Shown in pieces: positions 46,895 to 57,021 of a stretch of DNA of 64,000 nucleotides. Made by a program: the position numbers and the translations under genes. The notes under the pieces are model-generated. The model did not search any database, had not been told where the DNA came from, and saw only the letters and a program-made list of their open reading frames with translations. Origin of the DNA: an uncultured Chloroflexia bacterium (GTDB lineage Bacteria; Chloroflexota; Dehalococcoidia; UBA2979). The DNA is taken from NCBI GenBank assembly GCA_963728205.1, contig CAVSIV010000001.1, positions 64,001 through 128,000 on the forward strand, in the 5' to 3' direction. Each line of letters opens with the position of its first letter. Within the stretch, counting starts at the first letter, position 1.

Positions 46895-48427
46895 TTAGAG
46901 CTCGACCCGCAGCATCGCGCCGGTCGCCGGCAGCCGGAGGCCGAAGAACGTCTGATCGCCGTTGAGGCGGCGGCGGGCGACCCAGGCACCGTCCTCGAAC
47001 GCCCCCTCCTCCACGACCGCGAACCGCGCCTCGCCGACGCCGGCATCCGTCGCGCGGAAGGTCACGCGTGCGTCGAAGCCGGCGACGAGGAACTCGCGCG
47101 GGCCGCGCCGTCCGAGCAGCGCGCGGCCGGTCTGCCCGGGCGTGCCGGTCGCGGCGAGGCCGCCGTACCCGGGCGCGAGCGGGCCGAACTCGACGAGCGC
47201 GTCGACGCCGTCGAACGACAGCAGCACGTTCGCCAGGTGCTGCTGCTCGACCGCCGCCCGCAGCGCGCCCGCCGCCTGGAGCCGCGCCAGCTCGGCGACC
47301 GCCGGCCGCAGCAGATGGAACGAGTCGCGCACCGCGAAGAGCCGCGGATCGAGCTCCGTCGAGCCGTCCGACCGGTCGACGCCGAAGGGCGCCCAGCCGA
47401 CCGCGCCGAAGTCGCCCAGCGCGTAGAAGAGGTAGCCGGCGAAGGGCGTCGTCCCGCCGGTCTCGGGGATGAGCAGCGCGTTGTCGGGGCGGGCGTACGC
47501 CGCGCACACCTCGCGGTACCCGACATAATCCAACACGTAGATGTCCGGCGCGATCACGTCGACGGCCGGCGCGGCGTGCTTCCAGAGGTCGAGCAGGTGC
47601 GAGACCGGCACGCCGCTCGGGTACTCGACGCCGGGCCGCATGAAGCCCTTGCGCTCCTTCAGCCAGGCGTTCACCGACAGCGGCACCGCGTGCTCGGCGC
47701 GCCCCGCCTCCGCGACGGCGTTCACGTAGCGCGCGACGTGGTAGGCCTGGAACGCCTCGCCGGCGGCGGCGCCGAGGAGCTCCGGCCAGCTCGCCCCCGC
47801 AGGCCGGCCCGGCGCGAGCAGGGCGGCGACCTCGGCCGGGACGGGCGCGCGGAAGGCGCGCTCGGCGTCCGAACCGTAGTCGCGGTCGGTGAACAGCGAG
47901 CCGGGCTCGTTCTCGACCTGCACCATGATCACGGTGCCGCGCTCGGCGTCGACCGCGCGCAGGTGGCGCATCAGCGCGGCGAAGGCGCGGGCGTCGGCAT
48001 CGCGCGTGGCGGCGGCGTGCGGGGAGAGGACGCGCACGGGGGCGCCGGCGGGGTCGCGCATCGGCGGGTAGGTGGCCGGGTCGTCCTTCACCCAGCGCGG
48101 CACGTAGTCGGCGACGCCGTTCTTCCAGGTGCCGAACCAGAGCAGGACGAGCCGCAGCCCGTGCGCGCGGGCGCCCGCCAGCGCGTGGTCGACGAGCGAG
48201 AAGTCGAATGCGCCCGGCGCCGGCTCGAGCTGCTCCCAGGAGACCGGCACCTCGGCGGTGTTCGCCCCGAGCGCGACGAGCTGCGGCCACGCGCGGTCGA
48301 GCGCCTCCGGCCAGGAGCTGGAGTTGTGGATCTGCGCGCCGAGGACGATGAACGGCTCGCCGTCCACGAGCAGCTGGTGGCGCGGCGGCGTGGCGCGGGG
48401 GTGGAGCGCGCGGAGTTCGGCGGTCAC
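46895..48427 (-). CDS. GH35-like beta-galactosidase (DUF5597 type)
   Basis: LLVDGEPF..LGAQIHNSSSW, WFGTWKNG, MVQVENE, APDIY, LLIPET, RRLNGDQT. Confidence 0.85.
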   Translation of the reverse strand: MTAELRALHPRATPPRHQLLVDGEPFIVLGAQIHNSSSWPEALDRAWPQLVALGANTAEVPVSWEQLEPAPGAFDFSLVDHALAGARAHGLRLVLLWFGTWKNGVADYVPRWVKDDPATYPPMRDPAGAPVRVLSPHAAATRDADARAFAALMRHLRAVDAERGTVIMVQVENEPGSLFTDRDYGSDAERAFRAPVPAEVAALLAPGRPAGASWPELLGAAAGEAFQAYHVARYVNAVAEAGRAEHAVPLSVNAWLKERKGFMRPGVEYPSGVPVSHLLDLWKHAAPAVDVIAPDIYVLDYVGYREVCAAYARPDNALLIPETGGTTPFAGYLFYALGDFGAVGWAPFGVDRSDGSTELDPRLFAVRDSFHLLRPAVAELARLQAAGALRAAVEQQHLANVLLSFDGVDALVEFGPLAPGYGGLAATGTPGQTGRALLGRRGPREFLVAGFDARVTFRATDAGVGEARFAVVEEGAFEDGAWVARRRLNGDQTFFGLRLPATGAMLRVEL

Positions 48428-48440
48428 GCCGCGATCGTAG

Positions 48441-48705
48441 GCGCGCGGCGGGTTTCAGGCCCGCCGTGGCGAGGCGGAGCGGGGCCGGCCGCCACGGGGT
48501 CGCCACTGCACACGCTAGCCAGCATGCCCCTGGGGGGCGCCGCGCGCGCATGAACGCCACCCACAGCGGCGGCAGATATGCCGCCGACAGAAGCGCGGCG
48601 CCAGCCGCGATTCACAGAAGCGCGGCGCCAGCCGCGGACTGCGTCCGCGTCCTGTCGGCGGCATATCTGCCGCCGCTTTGACTTTCCGACGAGACCCGAA
48701 GCCGA
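48441..48705. repeat. Composite REP element with an internal spacer duplication
   Basis: Core at 48565-48677 contains ACAGAAGCGCGGCGCCAGCCGCG twice. Confidence 0.8.
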
Positions 48706-48794
48706 CCCCGCGCCGGGCGCCCGTGCTTCGCCCTACCTTCGACCCTGCGCACGCGCCTCGACGCCTGCGATGCTACGCGCGGGAGGGTGGACCC

Positions 48795-50042
48795 GTGCTC
48801 GAGTCGGGGCTCGCGGGGACGGCGGCGCGGCTCGCGATCGCGCTCGGGATCGGGCTGCTGCTCGGCGCCGAGCGCGAGCGCCGCATGGCGCAGGAGCCGC
48901 ACCGCGGCAGCGCCGGCATCCGCACCTTCGCGCTCGTCGCGCTGCTCGGCGGCATCGCCGATCGCGTCGGCGGCACGCCCGTCGTCGCCGTCGCGCTCGC
49001 GCTCGTCGGCGCCGCCGCGCTGCTCGGCTACGCGCGCAGCGACCGCGAGGAGCGCGGCCTCACGAGCGAGGTCGCCCTGCTCGTGGCCTTCCTGCTCGGC
49101 GTGCTCGCGCAGGACGAGCCCGCGATCGCGTCCGCGCTCGCCGTCGCCGTGACGATCCTGCTGTCGGCGCGCACCTCGCTGCACCGCTTTGTGGCCTCCG
49201 TGCTCACCGACACCGAGGTCCACGACGCCCTCCTCTTCGCGGCCGCCGCCGTCGTCGTGCTACCGCTGCTGCCGGACCGCCGCGTCGGGCCCTTCGACGT
49301 CCTCAACCCCTTCGCGGTCTGGCGCCTGGTCGTGCTGCTGATGGCGATCAGCGGCGCCGGGTATGTCGCCACGCGGGCCATCGGCCCGCGCTTCGGGCTG
49401 CCGGTCGCGGGGCTCTTCGGCGGCTTCATCTCCAGCGCCGCGACGGTCGGCTCGATGGGCGGCGTCGCGCGCCGCGAACCCGGCCTGCTGCGCCCGGCGA
49501 TCTCGGCCGCGCTGCTGTCCTCGGTGGCGACGATGGTGCAGATGGCGGTCGTCGTCGGCGTGACGAGCGCCCCGGCGCTCGACGTCGTGGCCGCGCCGCT
49601 CGTCGCCGCCGGGACGGGCGCGCTCGCCTACGCCGCGCTCGCGACGCTGCGGCTGCGCGCGGGCGAGGTGGCGTCGCGGCCGCACGCCGGGCACGCGTTT
49701 CAGCTGCACTCGGCGGTCCTGCTCGCGCTCGTGATCACGGGCGTGACGGTCGCGGGCGCGGTGGCGGCCGAGGCGTTCGGCGCGCGCGGCGTCGCGGTGG
49801 CGGCGTTCGTCGCCGGGTTGGCCGACGCGCACTCGGCGGCCATCGCCGTGGCGTCGCTCGTCGCCGCGGGGCGCGTAGCGCCGTCGGCGGCCGCGCTGCC
49901 GATCCTGCTCGCGCTGACGTCGAACACGGTCAGCAAGCTGGCGTTCGCGTACGCAGCCGGCGGGCGGCGCTTCGCGGTGCCCGTGGGGGTGGGGTTGACG
50001 GTCGTGATCGCGCTCGCGTGGGGCGGGCTCGCGTTGCGGTAG
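48795..50042 (+). CDS. MgtC/SapB-DUF4010 family membrane protein
   Basis: LGIGLLLGAERE, AGIRTFAL, GLTSE, LPLLPDR, GGFISS, GLADAH. Confidence 0.88.
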   Translation: MLESGLAGTAARLAIALGIGLLLGAERERRMAQEPHRGSAGIRTFALVALLGGIADRVGGTPVVAVALALVGAAALLGYARSDREERGLTSEVALLVAFLLGVLAQDEPAIASALAVAVTILLSARTSLHRFVASVLTDTEVHDALLFAAAAVVVLPLLPDRRVGPFDVLNPFAVWRLVVLLMAISGAGYVATRAIGPRFGLPVAGLFGGFISSAATVGSMGGVARREPGLLRPAISAALLSSVATMVQMAVVVGVTSAPALDVVAAPLVAAGTGALAYAALATLRLRAGEVASRPHAGHAFQLHSAVLLALVITGVTVAGAVAAEAFGARGVAVAAFVAGLADAHSAAIAVASLVAAGRVAPSAAALPILLALTSNTVSKLAFAYAAGGRRFAVPVGVGLTVVIALAWGGLALR

Positions 50043-50147
50043 GGCCCGCGGCGGGTGGGCGGCGGGTGGCGGCGTCCACGGGGTGCGCGCGAGCGGCAGG
50101 CGGGACGCCTGCCGTGCGCCGGTGCGCCCGTGCGCCGGCGTGCCGGT

Positions 50148-50301
50148 GCGGAGCGCCGGTGCGTGGCCGTGCGGAGCGCCGGTGCGGGGCGTGCGGAGCG
50201 CCGGTGCGTGGCCGTGCGGAGCGCCGGTGCGTGGCCGCGCGGAGCGCCGGTGCGTGGCCGCGCGGAGCGCGCGGTGCGTGGCCGCGCGGAGCGCCGGTGC
50301 G
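50148..50301. repeat. About 23-bp tandem repeat, 7 copies, intergenic
   Basis: GCGGAGCGCCGGTGCGTGGCCG(T/C) units at 50148, 50171, 50193, 50216, 50239, 50262 and 50286. Confidence 0.9.
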
Positions 50302-50337
50302 AGGCGCCGCCGCGCGGCGCCGCCGCGCGAAGTCGGG

Positions 50338-52131
50338 CTACCGCCCCTGCGCGGTCGGTGTGTGGCGGCGCGGCAGGTGGATGCGCGCCGCGGGCCGTGC
50401 CGGCCGCCACCACGCGCCGCGCTCGCGACGTCCGATCACGACGTCGCGGCGGGCGAATCGCCACAGCGCCAGCGCGAACAGCGCGGCGGTGACGGCGATC
50501 AGCACCGCGACGCGTGCCGGGTCGAAGCCGTCGACCAGCACGTGCGACGCGTCGGCCCAGTAGAAGGGCGTCAGCCGGTCGGGGCCCGCGAGCCAGCCGA
50601 CCGTGAAGCTGAGCGTGTGCACGAGGTAGGCCGCGACCAGCGCCGCCGCGGTCGCCGTCGCCGCCGCGGAGCGGTCGGGCAGCGAGACGGCGGCGAGCAG
50701 CGCGAGCGCCAGGAAGAGCAGCGTCACGAGGATCGCCGGCACCAGCGCGGCGGCGAAGCGCGTGACCGCCATGTCCATGTCGGCAACCTGGCGCCCCAGC
50801 CAGAACCCGGGGAGCGCGGCGGCGAGCGCCAGCGCGAGCGCGACCGCGATCACGGCCGCCTTCACGACCAGCAGTCGCACGCGACCCACCGGCTGCGCGA
50901 GCAGCACGTCGAGCGTGCCGGCTCCTTCCTCGCCGGCGATCGCGCCCGTGCCGGCGAGGATCGCCATCGCGATCAGGATCAGCGGCGCGAACCCGAAGAA
51001 CTCGCCGGAAAGGAAGCCCTCCGGGCTCGCAAACGAACCGGCTTCGCCCAGCAATCCCTGCAGGGCGCCGGGGTACTCGAAGCCGGCGAGCGCGTCGCGG
51101 TACGCGGGGTAGAGCCCGACGAGCAGCAGCGCGAAGACGAACGCCGCGATCCCCGATGCGATGGCGGCGAGGCGCACGTCGCGCCACGTCTTGCGCGCAA
51201 CCCCGAGCCGGCCGGCGTACGCGCCGCCCAGCCGCGCGACGCCGCGGGGTCCCGCTCCGGCGGCCACCACCCCGGCCGCCGCGCCTCCGCCGCGCGGGTG
51301 CCGCAGCCGCGCCAGCCAGCCCCACCACGACACCGGCGCGCCGTTGCCCGTGGCGATCTCGCGTCGCTCGAACGCGCGCACCGCGAGCGCGACCAGCGCC
51401 CCGGCGAGCAGCAGCTCGCCCGCCGCGCGCAGCCAGTCGAAGCCGTCGATCAGGACGTGCGCGGCGTCCGACCAGTAGAACGGCGTCGCGCGGCGCGGTC
51501 CGTCGAGCAGCGGCACCGCGGTGCCGAGCATGAAGAGGAAGTAGAGCGCGACGACGACCGTGGACGCCGCGAGCGCCGCCCCGGCGCGGCTCGGCATCAC
51601 GGCGCCTGCCCACAGCGCGAACGCGAGGAACAGCACGACCAGCGGCACGCCGCTCAGCGTCACGGCGGCGAACCCGGCCGCGGAGATGTCGAGCCCGGCG
51701 TAGAGGTTCGCCAGCACGAACGCCGGCCACGCGAGCAGCATCGCGACCGTCAGCGCCAGCGCGATCCCCGCGCCCTTGCCGAGGAGCAGCCGCGCGCGCG
51801 AGACCGGCTGCGCGAGCAGCACGTCGAGCGTGCCGTCCCGCTCCTCGCTGGCGGTCGCCGCGCTGCCCACGATCACCGCGAGCACGGCGACGAGCATCAG
51901 CGTGTTCGTCCAGAACGCGGCGATGTAGCCCTCGGGCCGCGCGATCGAGCCGGCCTGGCCGAAGATGCCGCGCATCGCCTCGGGGTAGTCCATGTTCCCG
52001 AGCTCGCCGTACTGCGGGTAGACGGAGGTGTGCAGCGCGACGATCGCGACGACCGCGAGCCCGCCGGCGATCGCCACGCCGCGCGCGTCGCGCGCGCCCT
52101 TGCGGACCAGCGTGGCGAACTGGCCGCGCAT
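50338..52131 (-). CDS. ABC-2 type exporter permease with two tandem permease domains
   Basis: Two repeats of YP..L..G..GS...PEG...EE..GTLDVLLAQPV.R.RLL..K...TPFYW.DA.HVL.DGFD...F.RR. Confidence 0.88.
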   Translation of the reverse strand: MRGQFATLVRKGARDARGVAIAGGLAVVAIVALHTSVYPQYGELGNMDYPEAMRGIFGQAGSIARPEGYIAAFWTNTLMLVAVLAVIVGSAATASEERDGTLDVLLAQPVSRARLLLGKGAGIALALTVAMLLAWPAFVLANLYAGLDISAAGFAAVTLSGVPLVVLFLAFALWAGAVMPSRAGAALAASTVVVALYFLFMLGTAVPLLDGPRRATPFYWSDAAHVLIDGFDWLRAAGELLLAGALVALAVRAFERREIATGNGAPVSWWGWLARLRHPRGGGAAAGVVAAGAGPRGVARLGGAYAGRLGVARKTWRDVRLAAIASGIAAFVFALLLVGLYPAYRDALAGFEYPGALQGLLGEAGSFASPEGFLSGEFFGFAPLILIAMAILAGTGAIAGEEGAGTLDVLLAQPVGRVRLLVVKAAVIAVALALALAAALPGFWLGRQVADMDMAVTRFAAALVPAILVTLLFLALALLAAVSLPDRSAAATATAAALVAAYLVHTLSFTVGWLAGPDRLTPFYWADASHVLVDGFDPARVAVLIAVTAALFALALWRFARRDVVIGRRERGAWWRPARPAARIHLPRRHTPTAQGR

Positions 52132-52136
52132 CGCCG

Positions 52137-53036
52137 TCAGCCCGCCGGCTCGTAGAACTTCAGCAGGACCTCGTCGAGCGTGGGCTGCTCGGTGCGCAGG
52201 TCGAGCACGGGGTAGGGCGCCAGCGCCTTCAGCAGCGGGCCGACCTCGCCGGTCACCTCGAACTCGAGCGTGCCGGGGTCGCGGCGCAGCTCGCGCACGT
52301 TGGGGAGCGCGAACGTCGCCGCCGCGGGGGAGCCGTCGGCGAAGCTCACCTCGACGTGGCGCAGCGCGCGTCCCTTGAGCTGCGCGATCTGCTCCACGGC
52401 GACCAGTCGCCCGGCGCGCAGCACGCCGACGCGCGTACAGACCTGGTCGACCTCCCCCATCACGTGCGACGAGAAGAAGACCGCCGTTCCGCGCGCGGCC
52501 TCCTCGCGCAGCGTCTCCCAGACGACGTGCTGGACAATCGGATCGAGGCCCGACGTCGGCTCGTCGAGCAGCAGCACGGGCGGGCGGTCGAGCATCGCGA
52601 GCAGCAGCCCGAGCTTCTGCCGGTTGCCCTTCGAGTACGCGCCGACGTGCCGGTCGAGGTCGAGGTCGAAGCGGCGGGCGAGGTCGAGGACGTATGAGCG
52701 GTCGATGGGCCGGTCGCGCAGCCCGGCGATCAGGTCGACGGTGTCGCGGCCGCGGAGGCCCGGGTAGAGGCGCACGTCGCCGGGCAGGTAGCCGACCGCC
52801 GCGCGGACCGCCGTCGACCGGGCCTGGCAGTCCATGCCGAGGACGCTGGCACGCCCCGCGGTGGGCCGGATCAGGTCCAGCAGGAGGCGGATCGCCGTCG
52901 TCTTCCCGGCGCCGTTCGGGCCGAGGAAGCCGAAGATCTCGCCCTGCTCCACGCGCAGGTCGAGCCGGTCGAGCGCGAGCGTCGCGCCGTACGACTTCGT
53001 GAGCGACTCCGTGAGGATCGCGGGAGCGCTGGTCAT
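52137..53036 (-). CDS. ABC transporter ATP-binding protein
   Basis: GPNGAGKTT, YSKGNRQK, LLLDEPTSGLD, FSSH. Confidence 0.93.
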   Translation of the reverse strand: MTSAPAILTESLTKSYGATLALDRLDLRVEQGEIFGFLGPNGAGKTTAIRLLLDLIRPTAGRASVLGMDCQARSTAVRAAVGYLPGDVRLYPGLRGRDTVDLIAGLRDRPIDRSYVLDLARRFDLDLDRHVGAYSKGNRQKLGLLLAMLDRPPVLLLDEPTSGLDPIVQHVVWETLREEAARGTAVFFSSHVMGEVDQVCTRVGVLRAGRLVAVEQIAQLKGRALRHVEVSFADGSPAAATFALPNVRELRRDPGTLEFEVTGEVGPLLKALAPYPVLDLRTEQPTLDEVLLKFYEPAG

Positions 53037-53159
53037 GATCGCACCGTACGGAGGCACGATCCGGGCGCGCAGAGGCAATCGTCGGGGAGGTGACGGGGCG
53101 AACGGTGAGGGCGGGCGGAGGCCCGCCGCTCGCCTGGGGGCGAGAGGTCGTCGCCGGAC

Positions 53160-53325
53160 ACGGCAGTCGACATGCCCCGGCGGGGCGCCGTGCGCGGATG
53201 AACGTCACCCACAGCGGCGGCAGATATGCCGCCGACAGGACGCGGACGCAGTCCGCGGCCGGCGCCGCGCTTCTGTCGGCGGCATGTCTGCCGCCGCTTT
53301 GACGTTCGACGAGGCCTGCCGCCCG
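53160..53325. repeat. Composite REP element
   Basis: ATGAACGTCACCC flank, family A core at 53213-53298, TTGACGTTCGACGAGG flank. Confidence 0.85.
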
Positions 53326-53347
53326 TGAGGCGGGCGACCGCGCGGCG

Positions 53348-55318
53348 TCAGGCGGCGCGGATCACCGCGGTCAGATGGCGCAGCAGATCGTCCCGGCCGA
53401 ACGGCTTCATCAGGAACTGCCACTGATCCGACGCCGGCAGGCCGCCCAGCTCGTCGCCGCTGTAGCCGCTGATGAAGAGCGTCGGCGGGGCGGACTTCAG
53501 GCCGCCTGCGGCCTCGAACAGGTCCAGGCCGCTCCCGTCGCCGAGGCGCATGTCGAGCACGAGCGCGTCGAACGGGGCGGCGGCCGCATCCGACTCGATG
53601 ACCGCGCGGGCGTGCTCGGCGGTCGCGGACTCGGTGACCTCGAACCCGGCGCCGCGCAGGATCGCGGCGGTGACCGTGCGCAGGGCGTCGTTGTCGTCGG
53701 CGAGCAGCACGCGGCGCGTGCCGGCATCGGCCGGCGCGGCGCGCCGCGTGCGGCGGCGCGTGCTCGCGGCCTGCCGGCGCGGGAGCGTGACGCGCACGGT
53801 GGTGCCCTCGCCCTCGACCGAGGCGGCGGTGGTCTGCCCGCCATGCGCCCGGATCACGGAGTAGGCGAGCGACGCCCCCAGGCCGGTGCGCCCGGGCTTC
53901 GTCGTGAAGAACGGCTCGAACAGGCGGCTCAGGTCCGCCGGGGGCATGCCCGGGCCGGCGTCGGAGATCTCGACCAGGCAGTAGCCGTCCGGGCACGGCT
54001 CCTCGGGCTGCGCGCCGTCGGGCAGGCCGACGACCGTCGACAGCCGCACGCGCGCCGGACCGTCGCTCGCCTCGAGCGCGTTCATGATCAGCGCCGACAG
54101 CGCCAGCACGAGGTCGTCGCGCCGGCCGTTCACGGACCCCAGCGATCCCGGCGCCGCCTGCTCGATCTGGACGCGGTCCGCGAGCTCCGGCGGCAGCGCG
54201 TCCACGGCGGCGCGCAGCAGCGGCCGCACCGGCACGGCCTTCGCGCGACCGACCTCCTGCCCGCCGACGAGCGCCAGCCCGCGCGCCAGCCGCCGCGCGC
54301 GGTCCACCGCGTCCGTGATCTCGGGCGACGTGTCGGGCGCCATCGCCCCGATCAGCGACCCCAGCGTGTTCGCCAGCTCGTGTGCCGCGCCCGCCGAGAC
54401 GCGACCCAGCGCGTCCAGTCGCTCGCGCACACGCATGTGCCGCTCGAGCGCGAGACGAGCCGAGACGTCGCGCAGCACCGCCAGCACCGCGGGCTGGCCC
54501 GCCAGGTCGATCGGCGAAAGCGTCGCCTCCATCTCGAGCTGTTCGCCGTGCGCGGAGACCAGCGGAAAGAGGATGCGCTCCGCTTCGCTCTCCCCCCGCG
54601 CGATGCGGCCCACCGCCCCGCGCGCCTCCGCCAGCGGCTCCCCCTCGAGCATGTCGTCCAGGGCGTGGCCGAGGACGTCAAACCCGAGCCGCTCGCGGTA
54701 CGACGCGTTGCGCACCACCACGCGGTCCTCGACGACAATCATGATGGCATCGGAGGCCCGGGCGACCATCTCCCGGTAGATTTCCAGCTCCGCGTTCGAC
54801 GCGCGCAGCGCCTCGGAGTGCGCGCGCACCCGGGCCATCGCGGCCTCCTCGGAGGCGCGGCTCGAGAGCTCGATCACCAGCGCCAGCACCTCGCCCTCGA
54901 TCACGAGCGGGCGCGTCGAGGCCGCGACCGGGATGCGGTGGCCGTCGCGATGCAGCACGCCGCGCCGGTGCGCGCCGCCGACGCACGCACCCCCGAAGGC
55001 CGCCTGCAGCTCGCGCTCCACCTGCATCCGCTCGGCCGGCGCGGTGAGGACGTCGGACGACGGCAGCGCGACGAGCTCGTGCAGCGAGTAACCGGTGAGC
55101 TCGGCGAGGGCGCGGTTCGCGTAGAGGATGCGGCGCTCGGGGTTCACGATCAGGAACGCCGAGTGCGACGCCTCCATGACCGCGCGGAACAGGGGGTTGG
55201 AGAGCTCGCGACGGACGATGGGCGCGGCGAGCGCGGACCACAACCCGAGCTGTGCGCCCGGGAGCGGCGTTCCGGCGGGGGGACCGGATCGGGGCGGCCG
55301 GGGGGTGGTTTGCACCAT
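53348..55318 (-). CDS. PAS-domain hybrid sensor histidine kinase/response regulator
   Basis: Two PAS domains, AHELAN H-box, NALEA, DAGPGM, FEPFFTTK, GLG; receiver VLLADD...LDM...KPF. Confidence 0.88.
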   Translation of the reverse strand: MVQTTPRPPRSGPPAGTPLPGAQLGLWSALAAPIVRRELSNPLFRAVMEASHSAFLIVNPERRILYANRALAELTGYSLHELVALPSSDVLTAPAERMQVERELQAAFGGACVGGAHRRGVLHRDGHRIPVAASTRPLVIEGEVLALVIELSSRASEEAAMARVRAHSEALRASNAELEIYREMVARASDAIMIVVEDRVVVRNASYRERLGFDVLGHALDDMLEGEPLAEARGAVGRIARGESEAERILFPLVSAHGEQLEMEATLSPIDLAGQPAVLAVLRDVSARLALERHMRVRERLDALGRVSAGAAHELANTLGSLIGAMAPDTSPEITDAVDRARRLARGLALVGGQEVGRAKAVPVRPLLRAAVDALPPELADRVQIEQAAPGSLGSVNGRRDDLVLALSALIMNALEASDGPARVRLSTVVGLPDGAQPEEPCPDGYCLVEISDAGPGMPPADLSRLFEPFFTTKPGRTGLGASLAYSVIRAHGGQTTAASVEGEGTTVRVTLPRRQAASTRRRTRRAAPADAGTRRVLLADDNDALRTVTAAILRGAGFEVTESATAEHARAVIESDAAAAPFDALVLDMRLGDGSGLDLFEAAGGLKSAPPTLFISGYSGDELGGLPASDQWQFLMKPFGRDDLLRHLTAVIRAA

Positions 55319-55446
55319 TTCCCACGAGGTTACGCGGGGGTTCCCGGCGGCCGCGTCAGGGTATTTGCGGATTTGTGGCCCGGCGCCGCGCGACCTGCTG
55401 CGCGACCCCGCTGCGCGCGCCCGACCGCGCGCGCCCGACGGCACGA

Positions 55447-55589
55447 CCCACAGCGGCGGCAGATATGCCGCCGACAGCCCGCGGGCGTCCGCCCGCGAAT
55501 CCGGGCGGGGCGGGCGCGCCGGCGACGCGGCTGCGGCGGGGCGGCGAATGCCGCCCGCCTGTCGGCGGCATATCTGCCGCCGCTGTGGG
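55447..55589. repeat. Family A palindrome with a long unique spacer
   Basis: CCCACAGCGGCGGCAGATATGCCGCCGACAG...CTGTCGGCGGCATATCTGCCGCCGCTGTGGG. Confidence 0.9.
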
Positions 55590-55631
55590 CCGCGTCGTCG
55601 GGCGCGCCGCGGCGGCGGGTTGAGCAGTCCG

Positions 55632-56105
55632 TCAGCCCGACACCAGCCGCAGGATCGTCTCCACGACCGCGTCCAGCGGCATGCTCGCATCGATCTCCGC
55701 CGTGGCGCGACGTCGGAGCAACGGCTCGACCGTCTCGATGTGGCCGAGGATGCGGGCCCGTTCGTCGGCGGCCTTGCCGTAGGGGTTGTTCGTCCGTCCG
55801 GCCACGCGCGCGAGGATGACGTCGGTGGGGGCGGTCAGCAGGATCACGCGGTCGAACCGCGGGTAGAACGCGCCCTGGTTCGAGACCGTGCCGCTCACGA
55901 AGAGCACGCCGTCGTCGCCGGCGGAGTCGAGCAGCGCGCGAATGCGGTCTTCGCGCCAGACCCAGTCGGGATTGCCGTCGGCATCGGTCACCCACTCGCG
56001 GTAGTCGCCGTAATCGGTGTCGACGGCGCGGTGGCCGCGGGCGGCGAGCGCGGCGATCACGCTCGACTTGCCGACGCCGGACATCCCGGTGATGAGCACG
56101 AGCAT
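55632..56105 (-). CDS. Small P-loop kinase (AAA_18/shikimate kinase-like)
   Basis: LITGMSGVGKS, DTD, FDRVILL, RTNNPYGK. Confidence 0.8.
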   Translation of the reverse strand: MLVLITGMSGVGKSSVIAALAARGHRAVDTDYGDYREWVTDADGNPDWVWREDRIRALLDSAGDDGVLFVSGTVSNQGAFYPRFDRVILLTAPTDVILARVAGRTNNPYGKAADERARILGHIETVEPLLRRRATAEIDASMPLDAVVETILRLVSG

Positions 56106-56219
56106 GGGTTCCCTGCGCTACGCGCGGCCGGCGGCCGCGATCAGGGTAGGGCGGCGGCGGCCGGCCGGCAGGGTTGGCGGGGTGGGGGCGGGGGCCGGGG
56201 GCAGCGGAACGCCGCCCGT

Positions 56220-56250
56220 CTGTCGGCGGCATATCTGCCGCCGCTGTGGG
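56220..56250. repeat. Solo family A arm
   Basis: CTGTCGGCGGCATATCTGCCGCCGCTGTGGG. Confidence 0.8.
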
Positions 56251-56408
56251 TCGGGCGTCGTCGTCTCGTGGCACATCCGCCGCCGCCGGGTGGGGCGTCG
56301 CCGCGGGCCGGCGTCGACCGAGCGTTGCGGGAAGCGTCGCATCTACGACATCATGCGACTCGTCTTGCCGCGCCGGGCAATTCGGCCGCGACGCAGCCTG
56401 GAGGTCCC

Positions 56409-57011
56409 GTGAACCGTCTCTTCCGCCTCGCCGGCGTCGTCGCCGCGATCCTGCTCGTCGGGGCGGCCCTCGTCGCGTGCTCGTCGCCGTCCTCGACCGC
56501 GACGCCGACGCCGGCGGCGTCGTCCGCGGCGACCGCCGCCGCGACGACCGCTCCGGGCGGTGGCGGGGGCAACGGCTCCGACGGCGGGACCGCCAGCGGC
56601 TCGGGCGGCGGGGGCGACGCCGGCGGTGGCAGTGGCAAGAACGTCAGCCCGACCCCGGGCACGACCACGCTCTTCACCGTCACGCAGGGCGGCAAGACGC
56701 TGAAGACCTGGACGCTCGAGGAGTTGCAGGCCGCCGTGACGTTCACGTCGATCACCGTCGATGGCGACCAGCAGAACGGGCCCCTCCTCAAGGACGTGCT
56801 CGCCGCGTCGGGCGTCACGTCATGGGCGAAGGGCGAGGTCGACGGCAGGGGCCCCTCCCGCTCCTTCGACGTCGCCGTGCCCATCGACCCTTCGCAGGTG
56901 AACGACACGTGGATCATCGACATCACGAAACGCGGTACCGTGAAGCTCGCCGCCGACAACCTGCCGCGCGAGCAGTGGGTGCGCGACATCACCGAGATCA
57001 AGCTGCAGTGA
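56409..57011 (+). CDS. Lipoprotein with a C-terminal domain resembling the molybdopterin-oxidoreductase fold
   Basis: GGAGG RBS; lipobox LVAC; Ala/Gly/Ser linker; TLEEL...GPLLKDVLAASG...WVRDITEI. Confidence 0.7.
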   Translation: MNRLFRLAGVVAAILLVGAALVACSSPSSTATPTPAASSAATAAATTAPGGGGGNGSDGGTASGSGGGGDAGGGSGKNVSPTPGTTTLFTVTQGGKTLKTWTLEELQAAVTFTSITVDGDQQNGPLLKDVLAASGVTSWAKGEVDGRGPSRSFDVAVPIDPSQVNDTWIIDITKRGTVKLAADNLPREQWVRDITEIKLQ

Positions 57012-57021
57012 GGCCCGCCCG

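Noticed and set aside
50148-50301. Possible CRISPR or iteron array
   Set aside because: Head-to-tail units without spacers, very GC-rich, no rep or cas gene nearby
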